A DNA stretch of 64,000 bases from Octopus sinensis (Eukaryota). The stretch covers positions 124,001-188,000 of the forward strand of contig NW_021831849.1 of NCBI RefSeq assembly GCF_006345805.1. The letters run 5' to 3'. The position numbers and the translations under genes were made by a program. Below, in pieces: positions 54,183 to 64,000 of this stretch. The number at the start of each line of letters is the position of its first letter. Within the stretch, counting starts at the first letter, position 1. The notes under the pieces are model-generated. The model saw nothing but the letters and a program-made list of their open reading frames with translations, had not been told where the DNA came from and did no database searches.

Positions 54183-56030
54183 TAGGGCAACCAAAAAATT
54201 GCACTTTTTAATAAAAAAAATTGCAAAAATGAATTTTAAAAATTGTAAAAAATTGCAAAAATAATTTTTTTTAATTGTAAACATTACATTATGCAAAAAA
54301 TTAACGAAATTATTTATTGTAATAGGAAATCAAATATTCCTGAACATTTTCAGGTTTAAAGTTCCTCTCTTTACTAAGAATTTTCGTCAAAAGAGATATT
54401 GCCCTTTCGATAGATGCTGAACTTGCGCTACATTTTCTGAGATGTGAATAAACTTCTGGCGATAGATTCTTATTTGAGAATTCAAGAATACTTAGTATTC
54501 CTGATTTCTCAAGCTTTTTTGATATATAGGATTTTATGTCGCATGGATCTGATGTAAAGTCTAGGGTGTTTAGATCACCATAAGCTGTTGCAATGGAGTA
54601 ATCAAGCAATTCAGTATTTGAAATCATTTCAATTAATCCCAAATAATTTGAACTGATTTGGGTTAAGCTTGGAAACAACGTAGGATTATTCACTGATTTT
54701 TTTGCCTAAAATAATTAAAAACTAAAACATTTTGTATTAAAACTCCATCTCCTTCAAATTCAGATACGATTTTAATAATTTCTGGAAGATTCTGGGAGTA
54801 ATATTTTGCTGCTTTTAGCCAGCTTCCCCATCTTGTAACCACAACTTCGGGTGGATTTCCGATTCGTGAAAACATCTCCAAACGTCTCTTGTTTTTGACT
54901 GTGGCAGCCTTTATAGACGAAATCAATTCATCAACATCTGCGAAGTATGCCTTAATCTTTAGAGCACAGTTGTGCAATAAATGTGACACGCAAGTCACGT
55001 GGAAAAGATTTTGGTATATCAATTTCATTGATGCCCCAGCTAAAATTAAATTTATTTATATATACCACTGGTCATATATCTCGCCCCATCTGTAACGAAT
55101 AATATAAAATTTTCACGTTCAATAGAAAATTTCTTTATTACTTTGTCCACCTCAACACAAATTGTTGAAGTAGTAGGCGGATAATATAGATTGGTACACG
55201 ATACTAAATGAAGATTTTTTGGAGTGGAGATTTTCCCAATCAAAGTAATTAAAAAACGAGTTCCATTGATTTGGGCTTCATCACAAACAAAAAAACACAT
55301 TCCCCACTATTGAATAACTTAAAAAAAACAACAGTAAATGAGTCTGAATGGTATTAATTTTATATTTTGATATTTCTTTAACATTTAACCTGCAAGATGA
55401 TTCAGATGGCAAAGGATATGTTTCCTGCTCAAAAAGCCGTATGAGGGAAGGATGTCTGATTTTATAAATTGGTATGTTTGCCTCCAAAAACGCTTGTGTT
55501 ACTTTGATCCCCCAATCCTTTCGAGTATCCGTTATCGCCGAAAGAAATGTTTGTGAACTCTGAGATGAATTTGTCCATTCTATAAATTTAAATTCAAAGA
55601 AATACTGTGTGCTTTTAAATGTTTTTTTGAAGAACGGTGCGCATCAACAAAAAATTTTGTGTCACACCGTACAACAGTTGAGCAATTGGAGCAAAATAAA
55701 TTCCCTTCACTGTCAATAACAAACTCGGGGAATTTCTTTGCATAAAATGAAATTTTCTGTGACACTGTCCTTTTACCCATTACAACAAACAACTAAAACA
55801 CGTTTTAATAATCTTTTACTTATAATTATATTATTTTTTAATAAAAAAATTTTTTTTTTAATTTAAAAAAATTGCAAAAAATTGTAAAATGACTACAAAA
55901 AATTGCAAAAAATTGCAAATTTAAATCGAATAAAAATATAATTAAAATTAATGTCTATTCATTACTTTATTATTTATCGAATTTTAATTAAATTATATTT
56001 AATTGCAAAAAATTGCAATTGGTTGCCCTA
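54183..56030 (-). mobile_element. hAT transposon encoding a CGGBP1-like transposase (frameshifted)
   Basis: TIRs TAGGGCAACCA; 8-bp TSD gtaattag at 54175-54182 and 56031-56038; aaaaaattgca subterminal arrays; BED-like finger CSNC..H....H, CDEAQ, VTDGARYM, HVTCVSHLLHNC, VVTRWGSWL, SSASIERAIS. Confidence 0.9.
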
Positions 56031-56419
56031 GTAATTAGATTGTGGTAAATTAAGAAAATCGACCTTTCTGTCTCGAGAAAAAAAATGTTATGGCTGTTCC
56101 AATGTGTGTTAATTCTTGTTAAAATCTTATTTTCCAGTATTTTAAAAGGCAATTGAACATTATTTTTTTAACTATATTGGGTCCTATATTACGTTGTTGG
56201 GTCCTGATTATGGAATTTTTTTATGAACAATTAATTTATTTAACATAGACAATAATTATTTTAAACTCCGGCGCATAAGATGGCCTGGCAATTCCCTCGT
56301 ACGAGACTCTTTGGAAAAGATGACGAGTTCGTTAGGATCCTTATTTTCCCTTGCAATCTTCGTCCCTACCCGACGAAGAAAACAAAAAAATTTCGGGCTG
56401 AGATTTATATTGATAGAAA

Positions 56420-57929
56420 AGTTATGATTTAAAGCATTTGATTTTAATCAAAAAAATCAATGCCGTAATTGCGGGAAGGAGGTACAAGGTCTCGCATCTC
56501 TGATGAGGCAGCATTATTTGTTATGCCAAACTAATTTTTATATCCCTAAAAATCTGTCGAAGGTTGAAAGTGATTTAATCAGTGACTTGCTCCTGAGAAT
56601 GAGAGACCAATCATTAATCAATTTTGTTACTACGGTGACGTTATCGAAAAAAAATTTGATAGATATGAAGTAGCTAGATATGTACATTCCACTAAAGCTT
56701 TAACATCCCGAAATTGTTTAATTTGTTCAAATGCTTCTTTCTGGCTATCGTTTATTTTCTCTTCATCAAATTGGTGGTCGATCAAGTTTACGACCAACTA
56801 CATGAGGACTGTCGACAAAGACTCAAAGACAAAACAGTTTCTAGGATGCTAAATGGGTGGAGTAACATTCATAATGAACATGCTATTTGTGTTTGGGCTG
56901 TAACATCAGATGGAGGAAGCTATCTAATTGACAGTGTGGACACCTCTGGACAGAGACACACTGCAGAGTATCTTCAATCTGTTGCATTAAATTCTGTTAA
57001 GTTTGCCGAGCAACGGTTTGGATGTAAAATCGGGAGTCTTACTACAGACAATGCTGCCCTTGTTCTTCAGATTGATGTTTGCTGGAACACTTTATCAGAT
57101 TGTTTTGAATCTTATCTGGATAATTGGTCTACAATTTTGAGAATTTGTGAAGAACACAGATCCGATATTCCAAAATCCAAAATATTTGCCTAAAACATCA
57201 TGTTGAAGAATACTTGCGGCTGTTTAAACCAATTGTTGTCGCTTTAGATAAAATGGTAAATGATTCTAAGAAGATTAGTCATGCTCTGGAAGGAACTTGA
57301 ACAGACTTATATGGACTATAAATGTACGGCTATTTTAGAAAAGTGAAAACTCGAGCTGATCAAGCATTAACACTTTTCCACTTACTTGCGAATCTAATGG
57401 ATCCAACATGTTGTGGGAAACCTCTTTCAACTTAGAGATTGACCTCGCTTTGGAGTATTGTGCTAAACATTATGAATATCCTCTCACGATTCTGATTAAT
57501 TTCAGAGCAAGATCTGAACCATTTAAGCAATACATGTTTGTTTCAAATTTATTGAGTAAAGTATCATCTATAGCTTGGTGGGGATCAAACTCTTACCAAT
57601 TACCTTCTGAAACAATTTTAGTCTTCAAAAAATTCTTGGAGCAGCCGCTTCAACAGGTGGAATAGAACGAATTTTTTTGACTTTTGGATTCTTACATTCG
57701 AATGTACGAAATAGGCCTGGAATTGAAAAGGCTGCCAGACTTGTCTTTATTTACAAGCTTTTAAATAAATAAATACGATTTCTATTGTCTTTATTTGTAT
57801 TTTTTTTGTTTTTGAATAAAAATCATTTATTTCATAAAATTCTAATTTAAATCAAAAAATCCTGTTTAAATCAAAAAAAATCAGATTTTTTTGACTTTTT
57901 AATAACAATCATGATTTTAAACAACCCTG
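56420..57929 (+). mobile_element. Decayed hAT (ZBED1/DUF659-type) with right TIR
   Basis: BED finger CRNCGKEV..H..C, LNGWSNIHNE, TTDNAA, GGIERIFSTFG..RN; terminus ...atgattttaaacaaccctg; left TIR missing. Confidence 0.8.
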
Positions 57930-58300
57930 TGTCCACATGTTTTGTGAAGAAGAGGGTGGTGCCAGAGCGGAGTCTGGATAAGGAGTCGAAGGTCGATTCT
58001 GATGCATTGATAAGAGAAATGGGTGAGTCGAGAAGGATGTTGTTTTTTAGTGATTTGACAGCTCTTAAAGCAATAAGGTCGTGTATTTGTTTGGCGATCG
58101 AAAGACCATTATCTTTTATCGGGATCTTTTAGAGTGGTCTCAGTTGGTCAGAGAGTGTGATGACGACGTGTCTTCAGATGGTAGAATGATATGATGAATA
58201 GAGTGTAAGGTATCTTGAATGATTTGGAGGAATTGAAGTCCGCGCATTTCAAATGAGCATCGACAGGAAGTATTTTCAATTTCGGAAATTAAGCTTGATG
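57930..58300 (-). mobile_element. LINE C-terminal fragment
   Basis: LKILPVDAHL..QFL..H..NNILLDSP.LINASE..LSRLRSG. Confidence 0.55.
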
Positions 58301-59900
58301 ACCTTGATTAGAAAATTTACTTACTCTGCTGTTTTGTGGAGCAGTCAAAAAGGTAAGCTTAGCATATTTTCAAATATCATTTAGATATTGTGTCGCGCCC
58401 CACGCTGGCGACTATACCACGCTGGTGACCATCATTGTTGACAGAGTGACCTACATTGTTTTACACTAATTACTGACTAAAGATGGTTGTTAAAAAATAG
58501 AAACTTCAAATTTTTTATATCTATTCATAGTAACTATCTTGGTTTCATTTCGTAATTCGATCAAAATGTTAGGAAAGACAACTAACCATTAATCTGTTAT
58601 TAGACATTATATTTTTTACTTTTTCCCTTTTTCATATGAAGATTCAAATCTGTGTAGCTTTAGTGACGAATTCGTCACACAATCTTTTAAAATTTAAAGT
58701 TCACTGCATTTATTATGAATCTTTAGTATTCTCCACTGGCATTCTTGGTGAATAGCGAATCTCGGTGTCTTCATTTCCATTTCATTTTCCAAGCAGATAA
58801 CCAATTTGTGTTTTTGGTTATTTTATTTTAGATAAAGACTATAAATTAGAACTTGAAAATACCGATCATCAATTATCATAAATTGGTTCGCTTTTTTATA
58901 AGTTTGTATTTTTCGGTTTTAGATGTAGTTTGTACGGGTTTTTAAGTAGTAAATTTACAAGATTTTGATATTCACTGTTATTTTTCACGCAACCTAAGGA
59001 TTGAGACTATACTGATGAAACATCTTTTGGAAGATACCATTTTTTAATACAAATGACGCTAAACCCATTTTTATAATAAATTATTTTAGTTGTTAATTAA
59101 ATGTCAAACTATGTAAGTCACACTGTCAACAATGAAGGTCCCTCGATCGCCACCGTGGTATGGTTGCCAGCGTAGGGCGCGACATATTGGAAATGGGGCA
59201 ATTACTTCAGATATACAAGATCAGAAAATTAGGCTACCGAAGGAATTACGTATATATGTGAATAGAGCAGAAGAATTATTCAGTTTTGAATATTCTGAAC
59301 TATTAAAACACTACAGGAATTTCGACTGGCTTCGTGGACGATTTATATTAGCTCCGCTAAATGATGAGATGCTTAATATAAATTTAGACTTATTAATCAA
59401 AATCCCTGGAGAAGAAAGAATATATAAATCGGTGGACTATAGACCTTTAAAGATTCTGCGAATATCCGGTTGAATTTTTTAATCCCTCTAGAATGCTGAA
59501 TCATTTTTTAAAGTTAAAGATAGGCGTTCCAGTGGTTTTATTATAAAATCTTGCGCCACTTAAATTATGCAACGGAACGAGGTTAGTTATAAAAAATTAA
59601 TAGAAAGCGACAATTTTAACAGGTAAGTATAGAGGTGAGGATGTTTATATCCCACGAATTCCGATTATTTCTGACGTATTACCGTTTAGATTAAAGGCAG
59701 CAATTTTCTTTGAAGATGAGTTTTGCGATGACCATAAACAAGGCCCAGGGACAGTCATTAAAAGTAGTTGGCTTATTTTTAGAGAGTGAGTACTTTTCAC
59801 ATGGACAGCTGTATGTGGGATGCTTTATTCATATCTGCCAAGGAAGGACGGACGACAAACATCGTTTATCAACAGGCATTAGAATATAGTTTTTTGATGA
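58300..59900 (+). mobile_element. Helitron RepHel Pif1-helicase C-terminal remnant
   Basis: LDIGNG (split by an insertion), [45 protein letters not shown]. Confidence 0.88.
58391..59184. mobile_element. Second non-autonomous TIR element with TGT...ACA termini (Ginger-like)
   Basis: ~70-bp imperfect TIRs starting TGTCGCGCCC; 5-bp TSD TATTG at 58386-58390 and 59185-59189; no ORF. Confidence 0.9.
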
Positions 59901-60276
59901 AACAGGCCCTCTGTAGTTTCTTAATAAAGACAATCAGATCGTTCAATCAGAAAACACGATTGAAAAATAGAATTTACTAATCTAGATATCATTAACACTG
60001 TGTAGAAAATATTACTTTTTGTGACCAGATATAAAAAAAAGTTTCAAAACTAACATTAAAAACAATTATCTCAAACAATATATATTTTAGAAAACATAAA
60101 ATCAATTCATTGGTAAATACTTTAATCTAAAGAATCATTGATCATTAATTATTTTATTATGGCATTAAATGGCAGATTATAATGTAGAATTAACAAAGCA
60201 AGTAATCAATGTTACTTATTAACTGTCATTTTCGTAAGAAATAGTAATATATTCCTTAATTTGTGAGTAATCGCAT

Positions 60277-60687
60277 ATGAAATCAAATATAAACTATATT
60301 ATAATCATCATATCAGAAATGACTATCCTTACACAAATACACCTCGAAATCACAAATGAATTGAAAAATAAAACATTGACAGCAGATTCGACGTATACTG
60401 ACCTTTCAAGTTGGTATGAAGAATACAGCAAAACCGATTCAACACAAGCAGTGACAAGTAAAGATAAAAAAACCACTCAAAGTTCAACTTCAACAAAAAT
60501 GGTTTCGTTTAATTTGCCTTCTGGGAAAAATGTGATGGTTATGGCCACACTTTTGTCTTCGTTGATTTTAATGGTTATTCTGAGTTGCACTGTCATGCAT
60601 GTAATTACTTATCAAAAGAAAAAAAGAAAGGCTTTGAGACTTCAATGTATCGCCAAAGTAAATGAGCATTTAAATATAAATAATTAA
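60277..60687 (+). CDS. Small single-pass membrane protein (S/T-rich stalk, TM, basic tail); 5' exons uncertain
   Basis: Hydrophobic VMVMATLLSSLILMVILSCTVMHVITY followed by QKKKRK. Confidence 0.5.
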   Translation: MKSNINYIIIIISEMTILTQIHLEITNELKNKTLTADSTYTDLSSWYEEYSKTDSTQAVTSKDKKTTQSSTSTKMVSFNLPSGKNVMVMATLLSSLILMVILSCTVMHVITYQKKKRKALRLQCIAKVNEHLNINN

Positions 60688-60799
60688 TGTTTCTATTTTT
60701 TTCAAATAAATTTATGTAAACATTTATATTTTACGCTTACACAATGACTCAATCTCTCCTTTCTGTAGCCATGCTGACGACCATTCAACCGATCACCCT

Positions 60800-61230
60800 T
60801 TTTGCTGTCCCAATTCACTTCTTTATTTTAGACTAGAATTGGTTTTCCGCCGTTAAAGTGCTTTTATGGAGATATGGCGTCATCTTCTGCTTCATACAGT
60901 CTCGGTAACGTCATATTCTCTCAGGAGTCTTTCTTGATTTTTCTAATTAAAATTTTTTTTCATTTGAATAGGTTTATTAATAAAAAGCCAAAGAAAACTG
61001 GTCATTGGAAGATAGCCAGAGTATTGCCTCTGACTATGGCTATGGATATTTTTACAGAATATTATATTTATCAAGTTTTTCAACTTCGACTGCTTCTAAA
61101 TTATCCATACACACCACTCCAATCTCTATTAGCCATATCTGGTTTAATTTTTTGTCGTATAGGAAAATTTCTGGTTTGTAATATTAAATTTTTGATTGAT
61201 TTTTTGAATCCAAATTTTCTGCATAAATAA
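60800..61230 (-). mobile_element. RLE-domain fragment of microsporidia-type retroelement
   Basis: KPEIFLYDKKLNQIWLIEIGVVCMDNLEAVEVEKLDKYNIL. Confidence 0.75.
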
Positions 61231-61298
61231 TGTTTATGAATTTAACAAATTTAATATGTCGCCTTGTATATTACTTAAAAAATAAAATTCTTTAATCT

Positions 61299-61997
61299 AT
61301 GGTAACCCAAAACCAGGAAAATTTAAATATCTTAATAAAAGTTGCTTTCGAATCAAAAAGATATAAAGGTAACTAATTTATTAAAATTAGATGTATATGA
61401 AATACTGGAATTAGTTATCCCCGACACATTCTCAGGAACATTGGACGATCAGACGCGAACAATTTTTACTACAACAATGAATAAGCTAATAGCCCCATAC
61501 AGGAATGCCCTACGATACCTCAAAAGTATAGCACACACCCCTGTGGTGGCTGAACTGATTGAACTGGCATATTAATTTAAATATATTTTTAGTGTCGTGT
61601 TTGGCTAAATAAATACTGCACTTTTGCTTGTCAAAAATGCCAACTTTTGGCTCAATTTGACCAGTCGTGTGAAGCACTTGTGAGCTATCACAAATTGACT
61701 GGAGACTGTTCTCGGTATTTGGTGGAGACAGAAAACCTAAAGAAACACGTGACTGCCACCCAACAAGCCTACCGTCGAGCTATACAACTGGCACAAGACC
61801 TGCCGACGTACCACCCGCTTAGATTAGGCGTATGCTTAAACTATTCAGTTTTCTGTTACGAAATACTAAATGATGTCAATTTGGCAATAAAAGTGGCACA
61901 GCAAGACATTCCACAACAAAACATGACTAAACAACAATCCGCAATCCTCGACTGCCTACAAAACAACATAAAAAATTGGACTAAATTAACTATTTAA
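61299..61997 (+). CDS. Divergent 14-3-3 family protein
   Basis: KVAFESKRYKDV, KLTGDCSRYLVE, HPLRLGVCLNYSVFCYEILN, LQNNIKNWT; 22-nt GT-AG intron (61369-61390) and 26-nt GC-AG intron (61567-61592). Confidence 0.85.
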
Positions 61998-62032
61998 TAA
62001 AACAAAATAAAGATTAGTCAAATTAAAAAAAA

Positions 62033-63028
62033 TCACCCCAAAATAAGCCCAAGTCCAAAATGATATTTTCCGGCCAAATGTGAAATCAAAGCAGAGAAAA
62101 CAAGCGTGAAGGGCATGGGGGTCAGTCTCTTCTCCATAGTGGCTCCCACAGTATATTCCGTGTCGACAAGCCCTGGTCTAATCAGTACAAAAAACCTCTA
62201 AAAACACAATCCGATTTTGGATCATCAAGTTGATACACAAAACACGTGCGCGAATCCTTTGATCTTACCGACGACTCATGAGTAAGACTAACAGCCAATT
62301 TGTCAGTAAGCTGATTAAAATAGGACAACTGGAATGACCCAATGACAGGACTGAGGATACTGGCACAGTACCACGACGGTCCTTACATAAGAAAAAACAC
62401 AAACCAGTATATCTAAGGGCAAATGATGGCATTAGAGAAGGAGCAGTACTGGAGAAAGGATATCGATAGAGCACTTCTACCCCTCCTGCAAGCCCTGCGT
62501 ATAGTCTGACCATACATTGCCCAATAAGAGTGCCTCATTGTTAAAAAAGGGGACCAAACCTCTCCCATTGACCACATCCACGTCCCCAGCTGCAAGTGTG
62601 AGGGAGTATAAGGGAGACCGATATTCCGCAGAGTATTGACATGTCAACCAACGGTGTTTTTCCACCAAAGCCATGAGACGGAGTCTGATAGAAGGGGTCA
62701 ACTGGTGGATTATATTTGCTGTGAGGTCGCCAGAAGGAGACATCTCTCCAACTAATACGGGATATGCCTCGTTAGGTGATATCTGCTGAGTCCCCACATA
62801 TGTTGACCCAAATTTATAGCCAGAGGATTTGCCACTGCTGAGGATAAATGAGTGGCTCAGTTGGAAATGACTGCTAAGTCCCTTGTTGGCAATTAATTTA
62901 AATCCTTCAAATATATTTGGAGTGATTTCTGAATTAATAGGAAAATTTCAACCTTTATTCCTTCGGTTTATTTCCTCAAATGTACATGGACCGGCACTGA
63001 GATCAAAGTCTGAGTTACCACCTGACAT
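62033..63028 (-). CDS. TOMM40: Mitochondrial import channel Tom40
   Basis: GPCTFEEINR, EGFKLIANKGLSSHFQLSH, YVGTQQISPNEAYPVLVGEM, KYHFGLGLILG*; short introns restore the frame. Confidence 0.93.
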
Positions 63029-63148
63029 ACACGTGATATTTAATACATTTATTATATATTAATTACATATAAATTATTAATTTTAAAAATAATTAGATAA
63101 TAAAAGACAAAAGTCGCTTTAAGAATGAATGTGAGTTTAGTGACTGTT

Positions 63149-63625
63149 TTACAAGTCCAACGACTCTGCCAGTCTCTGAATGTCATCGACACTCATAGAC
63201 TCAATTCTTCGGTCAATTTCCTTAAATAGCCAAACAGAGGCACCTTCTGAATGGCCGTGAACAGAGATAAATGTTTTTCTCGAGGGAATAAAAGAGGAAG
63301 AACTCGATTCAAATTCATTTCAAACCGATGGCGGGAATCTGGTGGAGTTTTTTCAAATAAAGTCACAATCCCGCCTTCTGTGATCCCCAGGGAATCAACT
63401 GTGGATGTTTCTTGTTGTTATATGACCAGAGAGTGGGAAAACCATGCATTATTGAGCCACGAAAGAGGAGTTTCTGATTTATAGGCGGAATATTGAGATT
63501 TTCTTCAATCCACTGCATTATTTCTCTCACAGAAGTGGACCCTTCTACCTAAGAAGTAGTCCTTGAAGGGTACTCACGTCAGCATCGACTGTGACACCTT
63601 TTACGTGGCGTATTTTGATTTTCAT
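63149..63625 (-). CDS. UBL4A: Ubiquitin-like protein 4A / GET5 (absent from the ORF track)
   Basis: Spliced (29, 32 and 23 nt introns): UBL domain MKIKIRHVKG..NIPPINQKLLFRG, and C-terminal MSVDDIQRLAE matching LTLDDIERLA. Confidence 0.85.
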
Positions 63626-64000
63626 TGAATAGATAGGCTACAACTAATGGTAACCACATGAACCAACAAGACTTGACGTTTAAAATAAAATTTATTTAAT
63701 TATTTATCAGCAAAATATAATTAATTATTATTTTTAAAATATTAATTTTATTTATTAGAAATTAAAATTGTTTAATATTTTTTCCATGTGATTAGGCCAT
63801 ATCGAGGTTCTTTGATTCCGAATTGAGACGATGAAAACCGACCATAATCAATGCTTTCATAAATCCTCTGATTTTTGCTCGAATATGGATTACTACTAAA
63901 TAATTCAATTAGTATATACTATTTAGATTTCGTAAATATTTCATAATTTTTTTTGTTTTCAAAATTCATTCTATTCAGATGATTTCTACGTAGATACCAA

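Noticed and set aside
63150-63620. Plus-strand similarity to the RLE retroelement and ORF 63251-63484
   Set aside because: The minus strand splices cleanly to UBL4A.

Overview
AT-rich eukaryotic (metazoan) genomic DNA with compact genes split by very short introns (mostly 21-35 nt) and dense transposon debris between them. That architecture resembles reduced parasitic animals such as myxozoans or dicyemids; this is inference only. Most real genes are invisible or fragmented in the supplied ORF track and were rebuilt by hand-splicing. Host genes: KDM5, Rap1GAP, VPS72/YL1, an ASK1-family MAP3K with a degenerate kinase site, an ~8.5 kb secreted C-type-lectin/beta-sandwich gene, SLC25A42-like carrier, MGAT4-like glycosyltransferase, CDKL kinase, ferritin, a divergent 14-3-3, TOMM40 and UBL4A, plus a midasin pseudogene fragment. 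Mobile DNA: a TSD-bounded LINE interrupted by a Merlin element, Tigger/pogo with a nested Buster hAT, a CGGBP-like hAT with intact TIR and TSD, a DUF659-type hAT, Tc1, a Helitron, CRE-like and microsporidia-type RLE retroelements, and two unrelated non-autonomous elements with TGTC...GACA inverted termini and 5-bp TSDs. A Ginger/KRBA2-like integrase remnant could be their mobiliser. No tRNA, rRNA or CRISPR was recognised. All homology calls come from motif recognition by eye; no database search was run.
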